From: Candidatus Magasanikiibacteriota bacterium
GTDB lineage: Bacteria > Patescibacteriota > Patescibacteriia > Magasanikbacterales > GWA2-37-8
NCBI GenBank assembly: GCA_963802255.1
Contig: CAWDHY010000002.1
Location: forward strand, 83,984-147,983
Direction: 5' to 3'
Length of the DNA: 64,000 bases
Of this stretch, positions 28,388-39,160 are shown piece after piece. Every line of letters starts with the position of its first letter. The first letter of the stretch is position 1. The position numbers and the translations under genes are program-made. The notes below the pieces were generated by a model that had not been told where the DNA came from, made no database searches, and worked only from the letters and a program-made list of their open reading frames with translations.

Positions 28388-28419
28388 CAGCCCCCAAATC
28401 TCCCTGGGGGCTTTTCTTA
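28388..28419 (+). terminator. Rho-independent terminator of the acidic-protein gene
   Basis: AGCCCCCA-AATCTCCC-TGGGGGCT hairpin plus TTTTCTTATT. Confidence 0.7.
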
Positions 28420-28448
28420 TTCAAAAATTAGTCGCTATAACAAAAATA

Positions 28449-28477
28449 TGGACAAAATGGTAAAAATGTGCTATAAT
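28449..28477 (+). promoter_or_regulatory. Strong candidate promoter with an extended -10
   Basis: TGGACA, 17-nt spacer, TGcTATAAT. The downstream ATG at 28506 has no obvious SD. Confidence 0.45.
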
Positions 28478-28505
28478 ATGGGGATAATTTACAAAAATCA
28501 TATTT

Positions 28506-29510
28506 ATGATAAGACGAATGGAAGGTGGATTTGACGCCCCAAATACGGTAGAAATTAGCAGGACGGCGGCTTTACAGCATGCCGAATATATCATTTCTAA
28601 AAGTGGAAAACTCAAGCCGTCGATGGACGACTTTATGAGGTATATAGCCAATGACCAAAGCGCTAAAAAGAAATTAAAACAAGATAAAGAAAAAACTGAA
28701 CAAAAACAACTGGAATTTTCAAGAAAAAGTTCAACAACGGAAGAAAAGGAAGTTAAAAAAATTAGCGATGCGACAGAAATCGTAATGCTCGAAATAATTG
28801 AAAAATACGGTAGCTTAGGCGACCAGGTCCATGCAACCATGACAAACCCGCATGATGATTTTTTTAATCATACCGACGCTTACGCGGAAATTTTCAAAGA
28901 CACGGAAGAAGGTGAAGAGGGCGACCCGCTGGTTATTGGTTTCGGATTTGATTTTACCACCGGACCAAACGAGGCTATCAGAAAAATCCGGGAAAATATT
29001 AAAAGAATTGAGATGAACCGGAGAGAACGGCCGCATTTAGATTATTTTGTATCTTCAAAGACAGAAATTGACGAGCATGGGCAAGAAGTTCCGTTTCGTG
29101 TCGGACATATGGAAATCGTACCGATAGTAATCGGCCTTGAACATCGCCATGCGAAAGAGCTGAATTTTTTGTATTTCTTGCTCTCAGTAGTTTCGGAAGA
29201 AAAAAAACGACTTAAATCAGGGCCGTTATACCAGGAAAAAAATAACGAATACCAAAAATTAAGAGCTGAAATATTGCGCCATCCGATTCGTCATATGATT
29301 GTCCAGCAAATAAACTGGCAAATGGGCAAATACCGCGAATTATTAGACAGGGACAATGAACTTGACCGGCTATATTGGGACAAAATAGATCAATTGGAAG
29401 ACGTACTCGCAGGCGCGTTGTCCGGACTATCAGCGGTGGAAAAAAAATCTGATTGGGAAAAAGACCATATTCATAACCGCATTAAAGAAGAAACAGCCCG
29501 CTCGTCCTAA
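28506..29510 (+). CDS. Hypothetical 334-aa protein (orphan)
   Basis: Continuous ORF with its own promoter. No recognisable motif. Confidence 0.5.
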   Translation: MIRRMEGGFDAPNTVEISRTAALQHAEYIISKSGKLKPSMDDFMRYIANDQSAKKKLKQDKEKTEQKQLEFSRKSSTTEEKEVKKISDATEIVMLEIIEKYGSLGDQVHATMTNPHDDFFNHTDAYAEIFKDTEEGEEGDPLVIGFGFDFTTGPNEAIRKIRENIKRIEMNRRERPHLDYFVSSKTEIDEHGQEVPFRVGHMEIVPIVIGLEHRHAKELNFLYFLLSVVSEEKKRLKSGPLYQEKNNEYQKLRAEILRHPIRHMIVQQINWQMGKYRELLDRDNELDRLYWDKIDQLEDVLAGALSGLSAVEKKSDWEKDHIHNRIKEETARSS

Positions 29511-30778
29511 CTTCTTAACTTCCTTTTCTGACGCTGAAAAGAAATGGCAAAACGATGAGCTTCGTCACGGACGCGAATTAATAAATTTTTATTTACGGAA
29601 ATCCAGTCCTGAACGGCTGGATTTTTGATTTTATAAATAAAGTCAGCCTTCTTGCGTTCCGGTCCTTTTGCGATACCGACAATCGGTATGTTCAACCCCT
29701 TGCCTTTAATTATTTTACTTGCGCGATTTATTTGCGGAAGGCCGCCGTCAACCAAAAAAATTGCGGGGAAGGGCCACTCCGTATGTTTCAGCCTCCTCTC
29801 AATCACCTCTCCCAAACAATCGACATCACTTTGGCCGGCGACTGTGTATATAATAAATTTACGATAATCATTTTTAACCGGGCCGTGATTATCAAATACA
29901 ACCATACTGCCAACCTTGCCGCTAGCACCAAGATTAGAAATATCATATCCTTCAATTCGTATTGCTTTTTTGAAACGCGAAAATTTTTCTCTGACAAAAG
30001 CGTCATTGATCAGGGCAATATCGCGTATGCGCTGTAGGGCTTTCTGCTGATCGCGCAAGCGTGCCGCTTCTTCAAAGTCTTCATATCTTGAAGCGGCATC
30101 CATTTCCTTTATAATATTTTTTATTAAATTAATTTTTTTTCCGCTTAAAAATAAAATAAGCGGCGAGATAACTTTTTTCCTGTAATCAGCGCCTGAAAGC
30201 TCACCAGTGCAAACACCCATACACTCCCCCATTTCCCGGTATAAACAAGCGCGTTTTGAGCCGGGTTTGCAAAAAGAAATATGAAATATCCGCCGTAATA
30301 TTTTTAAAGCGGCTTTTACATTCAAACCGGGATACGGCCCGAAAACGCGGCTGAATTTCTTGTCTAATTGATCCTTTTTAATCAGGCGTAATTCTCTCTC
30401 GCGTAATGTGGCGACTTTGGGATATTCTCCTTTCTCAATAACAAAATAATTCCAGCTTTTATCATCCTTCCACATTACATTATATTTGGGCCGATATTTT
30501 TTTATCAGATTCCCTTCTAAAATTACAGCTTCCAATACTGAATCAGTTATCTGGTATTTAACCAGGGATACTTCATGAATCATTAATTCTATCGGACGAG
30601 GGCTTTTTAAACCGCTAAAATAGCTTTTTACCCTATTTTTCAGGGAAGTCGCTTTGCCGACATAAATCAATTCATTCTTCTTTGAGTAAAATAAGTATAC
30701 TCCGGGCTTATTTGGAATTTTTTTTAACGACTGATTGTTTACCTTTAGCCCTCTTGACAATTTCATATTTTTTGACAT
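29507..30778 (-). CDS. uvrC: Excinuclease ABC subunit C, short form lacking the C-terminal HhH domain
   Basis: N-terminal GIY-YIG (PGVYLFYSKKNELIYVGKATSLKNRVKSYF), UVR motif (EDFEEAARLRDQQKALQRI) and endonuclease V-like region. 423 aa against about 600 typical. Confidence 0.75.
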   Translation of the reverse strand: MSKNMKLSRGLKVNNQSLKKIPNKPGVYLFYSKKNELIYVGKATSLKNRVKSYFSGLKSPRPIELMIHEVSLVKYQITDSVLEAVILEGNLIKKYRPKYNVMWKDDKSWNYFVIEKGEYPKVATLRERELRLIKKDQLDKKFSRVFGPYPGLNVKAALKILRRIFHISFCKPGSKRACLYREMGECMGVCTGELSGADYRKKVISPLILFLSGKKINLIKNIIKEMDAASRYEDFEEAARLRDQQKALQRIRDIALINDAFVREKFSRFKKAIRIEGYDISNLGASGKVGSMVVFDNHGPVKNDYRKFIIYTVAGQSDVDCLGEVIERRLKHTEWPFPAIFLVDGGLPQINRASKIIKGKGLNIPIVGIAKGPERKKADFIYKIKNPAVQDWISVNKNLLIRVRDEAHRFAISFQRQKRKLRS

Positions 30779-30806
30779 AATGGTAAGCGTAGAGAAAGGA
30801 GAGAAA

Positions 30807-31139
30807 ATGATTGATAATCTCGATCATGAAACGATTGTGTCGCAACAACTTCGCGAAGCGCTTTACCACTTACGACGCGCTGAAAAAACAAAGCGAAACG
30901 AAGCAGTGGTCAAGATCTACAAGAACATTGTAGCGCCACGACGACCGGGTTTGAGCGGTTTTATCACTGACCTATTTCGCGGCCGAATTATCATGCCAGG
31001 AAGAGAAGATTCAATCGCCAACGAATTAATCGCACGCCTTCGCGAATATGGCTACAACGCCATTAAAGTGACCAACCGAAAAACCGCAATTGTAAAGTTA
31101 ACTGTTACACTCCGCCATGCCGCTCATTCATCCGCCTAG
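30807..31139 (+). CDS. Hypothetical small basic protein (orphan)
   Basis: AAGGAGAG RBS before ATG 30807. Arg-rich, GC about 48%. Followed by a hairpin terminator. Confidence 0.45.
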   Translation: MIDNLDHETIVSQQLREALYHLRRAEKTKRNEAVVKIYKNIVAPRRPGLSGFITDLFRGRIIMPGREDSIANELIARLREYGYNAIKVTNRKTAIVKLTVTLRHAAHSSA

Positions 31140-31150
31140 GCCCATTCCCA

Positions 31151-31176
31151 AAGAGGCATCATCGCCTCTTTTTTCA
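31151..31176 (+). terminator. Rho-independent terminator
   Basis: AAGAGGC-ATCATC-GCCTCTT hairpin plus T6. Confidence 0.65.
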
Positions 31177-31178
31177 TA

Positions 31179-33746
31179 TTACTTCAATATCCGCCGTAAG
31201 TAAAAACCTGTGTAACTGCCGGCTTTTCTCGCCAGCTCTTCAGGCGTACCCGTCGCCACCACTTGACCGCCTTTATCTCCGCCTTCCGGGCCCAAATCTA
31301 TCACCCAGTCGGCATTTTTAATTACATCCAAATTATGCTCAATCACTATTATAGTATTTCCTTGTGAAACTAAACGCTGTAAAACTTCAAGTAATTTTCT
31401 CACATCATCATAATGCAGTCCTGTTGTCGGTTCATCCAGTAAATACAAAGTTCGCGTATGCCCGTATTTAGATAATTCCTTAGATAATTTTATCCGCTGA
31501 GCCTCACCGCCCGATAGCGTGGTAGCCGATTGCCCTAACGTAAGATAATCCAATCCGACCTCACTTAACATTTTTAGTTTATCGCTAATTTGCGGAATGT
31601 CTTTAAAAAATGTTTTTGCTTCAGCCACAGTCATTTTCAATATATCAGAAATATTCTTACCTTTAAAATGGACTGCCAACGTTTCCTGATTAAATCTTTT
31701 ACCTTTGCAAACATCGCAAATAATTTCCACACTCGGTAAAAAATGCATCTCAATTTCAAGTGTCCCGCGTCCTTCACAGTTTTCACATCTTCCGCCGGGA
31801 ACATTGAAACTGAACCGCCCCGGGCCGAAGCCGCGCATCCGTGATTCCGCGGTTGCAGAAAACAGTTCACGAATGTGATCAAAGGCCTTTGTATAGGTAG
31901 CCGGATTTGAGCGTGGTGTCCTGCCAATAGGACTTTGATCAATGGTAATAATGCCGTCAAGATACTCACTGCCGGTAATGGATTTAATTTTCCCCGCCGG
32001 CTTATTCATTCTAAAAAAACGATTCTGCAAATTGCGCTGGATGATATCGTGCATCAAAGTTGATTTTCCCGAGCCGGATACTCCGGTTAAACAAACAAAC
32101 CTACGCAATGGAATTTCAACATCAATATTTTTTATATTATGTTCGGCCGCACCTTTAATTTTTAATTTTGGAGTTGCGCCGTCAACTTTGCGTCGTTTCT
32201 CAGGTAAATCAATCTTTTTCTCCCCTCGTAAATATTGGCCAGTGAGAGATTTGACCGGGTCACCAAGGTATTCATGTTTTTTACCTTTTGTATCCGGCGT
32301 TAATATTCCTGCCAAAGGTCCTGAATAAACAATTTCTCCACCATGTTTACCGGCTCCCGGCCCAATATCCACTATCCAATCACTTGTCAGTATAGTGTCT
32401 TCATCGTGCTCAACGACAATAATCGTATTGCCGATATCGCAAAGATTACGCAACGTTTTAACCAGTTGCTCGTTATCTTTTTGGTGTAGCCCGATTGTCG
32501 GCTCGTCTAAAACGTATAACGCTCCGACTAGCCGGGTGCCAACTTGGGACGCCAGACGGATACGTTGAGCCTCACCGCCCGAAAGCGTTCCAGCGCGGCG
32601 TTCAAGAGTCAAATAATGCAAACCGACGTTAAACATAAAATCTAAACGATTATTAACCTCGCGAACAACTGCTCCGGAAATCTCCCTTTCTTTTTCCGCC
32701 AGATTATTTTCCAGATGACCAAAAAATTCCCGCGCTTCAGAAATCGTCATGGACGCAATCTCCCAAATATTTTTATTATAAACGCGCACGCTTAAAGCGT
32801 TGTCGTTAAGACGCTTACCCTGACATTTAGGACAAACTTCCTCGCTAAATAATTCTTTGGTGCCAAGGCCGGTACAAGCTTCGCAATATCCGTAAGGGCT
32901 GTTAAAACTAAAAAGGCGCGGCTCTATTTCCGGAAAACTGAAACCATCATGCGGACATGAATATTCGGTGCTAAAAATTCTTTCTTCCCTGTCAGGAAAA
33001 ATTACACTAATAAGCCCATTGGATAAATCAACCGCTGTTTCGATTGACTCAGATAACCGCTGTTCTGTTTCTTTGTCATTTTTTAATTTCTCGGCGCTGT
33101 CAAACAAAATCCGGTCAACCACCACCTCGATAGTATGTTTATTATTTTTTGATAAAATCACCCGCTCCCGCAAACTGTAAAATTTTCCGTCGATGCGCAC
33201 TTCGGCAAAGCCGGAATTATATAAATCATAAAGCATTTGATAATATTCTCCTTTTCTACCACGCACTACCGGCGAAAGAATAATTAGTTCGCGTATTTTT
33301 TTGCCGTCAGCGCTTGTCCGCGATACAATCTGTTCTTTTATTTCGTCCGAAGTCATCCGCTCAATTTTATGTCCGCAAATCGGACAGTATGGCGTGCCAA
33401 CGCGCGCAAAAAGCACGCGCAAATAATCATATATCTCGGTAATGGTGGCGACCGTGGAACGAGGGTTGGCGCTATGCGCTTTTTGGTCAATGGAAATGGC
33501 CGGCGACAAACCTTCAATTTCATCCACATCCGGTTTTTGCATCCCACCCAAAAATTGCCGGGCATAGGCGGAAAGTGATTCTACATAACGGCGTTGGCCT
33601 TCGGCAAAAATAGTATCAAACGCTAAAGAGGACTTGCCCGATCCGGACAGTCCAGTGAACACAATCATTTTGTTGCGCGGAATCTCAAGATTAATATTTT
33701 TAAGATTGTGTTCCCGCGCCCCTTTGATTATTATTTTTTCCTGCAT
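31179..33746 (-). CDS. uvrA: Excinuclease ABC subunit A, compact form (855 aa)
   Basis: [65 protein letters not shown]. Two ABC ATPase modules and zinc-finger Cys clusters. Confidence 0.95.
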   Translation of the reverse strand: MQEKIIIKGAREHNLKNINLEIPRNKMIVFTGLSGSGKSSLAFDTIFAEGQRRYVESLSAYARQFLGGMQKPDVDEIEGLSPAISIDQKAHSANPRSTVATITEIYDYLRVLFARVGTPYCPICGHKIERMTSDEIKEQIVSRTSADGKKIRELIILSPVVRGRKGEYYQMLYDLYNSGFAEVRIDGKFYSLRERVILSKNNKHTIEVVVDRILFDSAEKLKNDKETEQRLSESIETAVDLSNGLISVIFPDREERIFSTEYSCPHDGFSFPEIEPRLFSFNSPYGYCEACTGLGTKELFSEEVCPKCQGKRLNDNALSVRVYNKNIWEIASMTISEAREFFGHLENNLAEKEREISGAVVREVNNRLDFMFNVGLHYLTLERRAGTLSGGEAQRIRLASQVGTRLVGALYVLDEPTIGLHQKDNEQLVKTLRNLCDIGNTIIVVEHDEDTILTSDWIVDIGPGAGKHGGEIVYSGPLAGILTPDTKGKKHEYLGDPVKSLTGQYLRGEKKIDLPEKRRKVDGATPKLKIKGAAEHNIKNIDVEIPLRRFVCLTGVSGSGKSTLMHDIIQRNLQNRFFRMNKPAGKIKSITGSEYLDGIITIDQSPIGRTPRSNPATYTKAFDHIRELFSATAESRMRGFGPGRFSFNVPGGRCENCEGRGTLEIEMHFLPSVEIICDVCKGKRFNQETLAVHFKGKNISDILKMTVAEAKTFFKDIPQISDKLKMLSEVGLDYLTLGQSATTLSGGEAQRIKLSKELSKYGHTRTLYLLDEPTTGLHYDDVRKLLEVLQRLVSQGNTIIVIEHNLDVIKNADWVIDLGPEGGDKGGQVVATGTPEELARKAGSYTGFYLRRILK

Positions 33747-33751
33747 GTATT

Positions 33752-34124
33752 TGTCATTCTGAGCGAAGCGAAGAATCCCTTAACTCCATTCTTCACTCAA
33801 ATCTTTCCACTGTGGATTAACAGTTTTTATCAAATTTGCCTTTTTCATCCTCAACCAGCCCTTTATTGTTTTTTCTCTCGCAATCGCATTATTTATGTCA
33901 GAAAAATATTCATAGTATACTAATCTTTTGCAACCATATTTTTTTGTAAATCCCTCAATCAAACCCTGCTTATGTTCGGAAATGCGTCGTTCCAAATTGT
34001 TGGTGACGCCAACATAAAGCGTACCGGTAGCGCTTGACAAAATGTATACGTAAAAATTGTAATTCCGCATATTTTTACGCAAGGGATCCTTCAGTCGCCC
34101 TTTTAGGACTCCCTCAGGATGACA
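33752..34124. mobile_element. Putative small mobile element: a GIY-YIG nuclease gene bounded by inverted TGTCATYCTGAG...CTCAGGATGACA repeat arms of the same family as the MITE-like repeats elsewhere in the window
   Basis: Left arm 33752..33779 tgtcattctgagcgaagcgaagaatccc abuts the ORF stop. Right arm 34082..34124 agggatccttcagtcgccc...ctccctcaggatgaca is the reverse-complement version, 11 nt upstream of the ORF start. Confidence 0.5.
33780..34070 (-). CDS. Small GIY-YIG nuclease family protein (YhbQ/COG2827-like)
   Basis: MRNYNFYVYILSSATGTLYVGVTNNLERRISEHKQG is a GIY-YIG motif. The start is taken at the internal Met (34070), because the upstream in-frame extension lies inside the repeat arm. 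Confidence 0.7.
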   Translation of the reverse strand: MRNYNFYVYILSSATGTLYVGVTNNLERRISEHKQGLIEGFTKKYGCKRLVYYEYFSDINNAIAREKTIKGWLRMKKANLIKTVNPQWKDLSEEWS

Positions 34125-34202
34125 TGGTGAACGATAGCCAAAAGCCCCGGCATCTTGCGATACTAGGGGGTCATAAAACAATACCTATATTTTCTCACAC
34201 TG

Positions 34203-36338
34203 TCAATGTTTCTTCAATTCTCTTACCTCATCCCGCAAAATCGCTGCCAGTTCAAATTCCAAATTCTTGGCCGCTTCGCGCATTTGCTTTTCTTTGTCTT
34301 TGATAATTTCCGCAATCGGGCGCGCGTCACCGATTGTATCTAGTTTCGCGATTGACTCGGCTTGTTTTTGCCGGAATGATTTCTTATTTTTATCTTTTGT
34401 AGAAGTAATTCCAAACTCTTCCAAAATATTTCTGATAGTCTTTTCAATCGTCTTTGGCGTAATTCCATGTTTCATATTATACGCCAGCTGAATTTTCCGG
34501 CGTCTTTCCGTTTCGCGGATGGCACGCTTAATTGAGCCTGTTATTTCGTCGGCATATAACACTACCAGCCCGTTGATATTGCGGGCGGCACGCCCGATTG
34601 TTTGGACAAGTGATGTGGTGCTGCGCAAAAAACCTTCTTTATCCGCGTCTAAAATTGCCACAAAAGAGACCTCAGGCATGTCTAAACCTTCCCGCAACAA
34701 ATTCACGCCGACAATCACGTCAATATTACCACGGCGCAAATCGGTAATAATTTCTATGCGCTCAACCGTCTTGATGTCGCTATGCAAATATTTTACTTTA
34801 ACTTTTTTCTTCTCAAGATACTCTGATAAGTCTTCAGCCATTTTTTTTGTGAGCGTTGTCACCAAAACCCGTTCTCCTTTTTTGACGCGCTCATCAATAC
34901 GGATAAGCAAATCTTCGATTTGGGATAGATGCGGTTTGTCATCCTGAGCGTTAGCGAAGGATCCCTCGATGGTAGATTTAAGGGATTCTTCACTTCGCTG
35001 CGCTTCGTTCAGAATGACAGACGAACCCGCTCGCCCCGTAACCGGGCGAATGATTACTTCGGGGTCAATTAAACCTGTCGGGCGAACAATTTGTTCAGCC
35101 ACCTGACGGCTTGCAAGAATTTCATATTCATCAGGCGTGGCTGACATGTAAATTGTTTTATCTGTTTTGCTTTCAAATTCAGCGTAATCAAGAGGCCGGT
35201 TATCTCTGGCAGAGGGCAGCCTGAAACCGTGTTCAATTAAGACATCCTTCCGCGATTTATCGCCGGCGTACATTCCGCGTATTTGCGGTACGGTTACATG
35301 CGATTCATCGATAATTGTCAAAAAACGGCCCCGATCCCCTGTTTTTTCAGTCCCATATAAAAAATAATCCAACAGGGTGAAAGGCGGCTCACCTGAAATG
35401 CGTCCGTCAAAATGTCGAGAGTAATTTTCTATGCCGTTACAGTAACCAATATTTTTTATCATTTCCAAATCATAATTCGTCCGGCGTTTCAGCCGTTCGT
35501 ATTCCAATACTTTTCCTGCTTTTTCAAATTTTTTGAGCTGTGATTTTAATTCTTCACGAATTTCTTTAAACGCTGTCTCTTTTACTCCCTCATCAACTAC
35601 ATAATGTTTTGACGGAAAAAGCCACAGATCACTTTGTGTTCTGACAACTTTTCGCGTAATTGGATCAATTACTTCAATATATTCAATTTTTTCCGAAATG
35701 CCAAAACGATAAATTTTTTCTTCATTTACCGGCATTATTTCAAATACCTGCCCATGAAGACGAAACGAACCGCGCTTTAAATCGGAATTTGTTCTTTCAA
35801 ATTGCATATCAACCAGCTGCTTCAACATATCCCTGCGATTTAGCGCGTCGTTAACCGACAAGTGCAAAACAATTTTTTCATATTCTTTCGGCGAACCCAA
35901 GCCGTAAATAGCGGAAACTGAAGCAACAATTATTACATCACGGCGCGTAAGCAAGGCTTGCGTGCAGGCGTGACGCAGACGATCAATTTCGTCATTAATC
36001 ATCGCCTCTTTTTCTATATAAGTATCCGTATTTGGTAAATATGCTTCCGGCTGATAATAGTCATAATAGGAAACAAAATATTCGACCGCGTTTTCCGGAA
36101 AAAATTCACGGAACTCATTACAAAGCTGGGCAGCCAAAGTTTTATTATGCGCTATTACCAACGTCGGCATTTGAACTTTTTCAATTACGCTTGCGGCTGT
36201 AAATGTCTTGCCTGAACCGGTAACGCCAAGCAAGGTTTGTTTATCAAACCCCTTATTTAAACCATCGACCAATTGGTCGATGGCCTTGGGCTGATCTCCA
36301 GCCGGTTTGTATTTTGAATGCAATTTAAATGCAGACAT
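34203..36338 (-). CDS. uvrB: Excinuclease ABC subunit B, carrying an in-frame repeat-element insertion
   Basis: GVTGSGKTF Walker A, helicase motifs and a C-terminal UVR motif. A stretch of about 27 aa (RAGSSVILNEAQRSEESLKSTIEGSFANAQDDKPH) lies where other UvrB have ...IDPEVEVRP-TKGQIDDL... Confidence 0.9.
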   Translation of the reverse strand: MSAFKLHSKYKPAGDQPKAIDQLVDGLNKGFDKQTLLGVTGSGKTFTAASVIEKVQMPTLVIAHNKTLAAQLCNEFREFFPENAVEYFVSYYDYYQPEAYLPNTDTYIEKEAMINDEIDRLRHACTQALLTRRDVIIVASVSAIYGLGSPKEYEKIVLHLSVNDALNRRDMLKQLVDMQFERTNSDLKRGSFRLHGQVFEIMPVNEEKIYRFGISEKIEYIEVIDPITRKVVRTQSDLWLFPSKHYVVDEGVKETAFKEIREELKSQLKKFEKAGKVLEYERLKRRTNYDLEMIKNIGYCNGIENYSRHFDGRISGEPPFTLLDYFLYGTEKTGDRGRFLTIIDESHVTVPQIRGMYAGDKSRKDVLIEHGFRLPSARDNRPLDYAEFESKTDKTIYMSATPDEYEILASRQVAEQIVRPTGLIDPEVIIRPVTGRAGSSVILNEAQRSEESLKSTIEGSFANAQDDKPHLSQIEDLLIRIDERVKKGERVLVTTLTKKMAEDLSEYLEKKKVKVKYLHSDIKTVERIEIITDLRRGNIDVIVGVNLLREGLDMPEVSFVAILDADKEGFLRSTTSLVQTIGRAARNINGLVVLYADEITGSIKRAIRETERRRKIQLAYNMKHGITPKTIEKTIRNILEEFGITSTKDKNKKSFRQKQAESIAKLDTIGDARPIAEIIKDKEKQMREAAKNLEFELAAILRDEVRELKKH
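34937..35019. repeat. MITE-like imperfect palindromic repeat (about 83 bp) inserted inside the uvrB reading frame
   Basis: tgtcatcctgagcgttagcgaaggatccct ... agggattcttcacttcgctgcgcttcgttcagaatgaca. The arms are reverse complements of each other and of the arms at 33752 and 34124. Confidence 0.65.
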
Positions 36339-36343
36339 ATCAT

Positions 36344-36529
36344 CTAATCTGTATTCGATTTATTTTTTGTATAAATTAAACGTCGTATCTTATCATCAAT
36401 TTCTTTAAGCCGTTTTTTATAATTTGGGTCTCTTGGATTTAAACGACGTTTCTGTCCTTCCAAACTTTTTAGGTCGTTCCCATCTTTCCTTATCGCCATA
36501 AACATACTTGCGTCAAATTTTTCCGACAT
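36344..36529 (-). CDS. Hypothetical 61-aa basic protein
   Basis: ORF packed with 4-5 nt gaps between uvrB and the upstream membrane-protein gene. Confidence 0.35.
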   Translation of the reverse strand: MSEKFDASMFMAIRKDGNDLKSLEGQKRRLNPRDPNYKKRLKEIDDKIRRLIYTKNKSNTD

Positions 36530-36533
36530 ATAT

Positions 36534-37025
36534 TTAAAATATTTTATCCGCTCCCACGGTGACGAGCAGGGTTAATATTGAAGAAATAAATATCCCGCCT
36601 AATACATATGGCCATGCCTTGCGAAACGGAATGCCAAATACAAAAGCAGCCAAGGCCCCTGTCCAAGCACCGGTAATAGGCAGTGGAATACCAATAAAAA
36701 TAAGTAAGCCAATCAAACCATATTTTTGATATTCTCCGCTAAATTTATTCTGAGCGCGCTGTAAGGCCTTTAGCCAACCTCTTGAGAGGATGCCGGACTT
36801 TTTATCAATATATTCGTGAAATCGTTTGGCAAAAAATAAAATAATCATTGCCGGAACGGCATTTCCAATAACTGATAATAAAACCGCTTTCCAAATCGGA
36901 AAATGGAATACTAAAATCGCGACCGGCAAAGCCAGACGCAATTCTCCGACCGGTGTCATCGCCATAAGAACTGTAGCAATTTCCGGCGGAAATGCAGAAA
37001 AAAACTGGGTAATTGTTTCCAACAT
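36534..37025 (-). CDS. Small multidrug-export-like (COG2426 family) membrane protein
   Basis: 163 aa, four transmembrane helices. The PVGELRLALPVAIL...VIGNAVP pattern resembles the Sm_multidrug_ex family. Confidence 0.5.
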   Translation of the reverse strand: MLETITQFFSAFPPEIATVLMAMTPVGELRLALPVAILVFHFPIWKAVLLSVIGNAVPAMIILFFAKRFHEYIDKKSGILSRGWLKALQRAQNKFSGEYQKYGLIGLLIFIGIPLPITGAWTGALAAFVFGIPFRKAWPYVLGGIFISSILTLLVTVGADKIF

Positions 37026-37055
37026 AACATGAAATTCGTATAATTCATTTTACCA

Positions 37056-37089
37056 GCAAAAAACGCGCCCGACAAGGCGCGTTTTTTTA
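37056..37089. terminator. Rho-independent terminator of groESL
   Basis: AACGCGCC-CGACAA-GGCGCGTT hairpin flanked by A6 and T7. Confidence 0.8.
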
Positions 37090-37104
37090 GAAAATAAATG
37101 CGAA

Positions 37105-38760
<1,656 letters not shown>

Positions 38761-39066
38761 TTATTCTAAAATTGCGACCACATCGCTTTTGTCTTCTTCT
38801 TTTCCGACAAATAAAATTTTAAATTCTTGTTCATCAATGCCGCGCCCTGTTTTAATATCCTCTCCGCCCCATTTCTTGTATAAAATTTTATCACCAACCT
38901 TTAAACCCAATTTAGCTATATATTCACCATTGCCCACGGCAATAATTTCACCTTCAGCCTTTTTTTCTTTATCAACAGTATCCGGCAAAAAAATACCTGA
39001 AGCGGTAACTTCCTCCTCCTTTGTCGGTTTGACCAGTACACGATCGCCCAATGGCTTGATATTCAT
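38761..39066 (-). CDS. groES: Co-chaperonin GroES
   Basis: [14 protein letters not shown]...ASGIFLPDT... is the canonical GroES sequence. Confidence 0.95.
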   Translation of the reverse strand: MNIKPLGDRVLVKPTKEEEVTASGIFLPDTVDKEKKAEGEIIAVGNGEYIAKLGLKVGDKILYKKWGGEDIKTGRGIDEQEFKILFVGKEEDKSDVVAILE

Positions 39067-39100
39067 ATTATATTAAGATTAAATAATAAATGTTTCTAAA

Positions 39101-39127
39101 TTATCACTCAATAATGTTGAGTGATAA
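39101..39127. promoter_or_regulatory. CIRCE-like inverted repeat (HrcA operator) upstream of groES
   Basis: TTATCACTC-aataatgtt-GAGTGATAA. A perfect 9-N9-9 inverted repeat matching the CIRCE consensus TTAGCACTC-N9-GAGTGCTAA with a G to T change in each arm. Confidence 0.75.
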
Positions 39128-39160
39128 CGCGATTACATTTTAGCTCATTTTGATTAAATG

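Noticed and set aside
31179-36338. uvrA-uvrB proximity as a uvrAB operon
   Set aside because: The genes are separated by the GIY-YIG element and each has its own signals. Adjacency may be caused by, or incidental to, the element insertion. Not called an operon.
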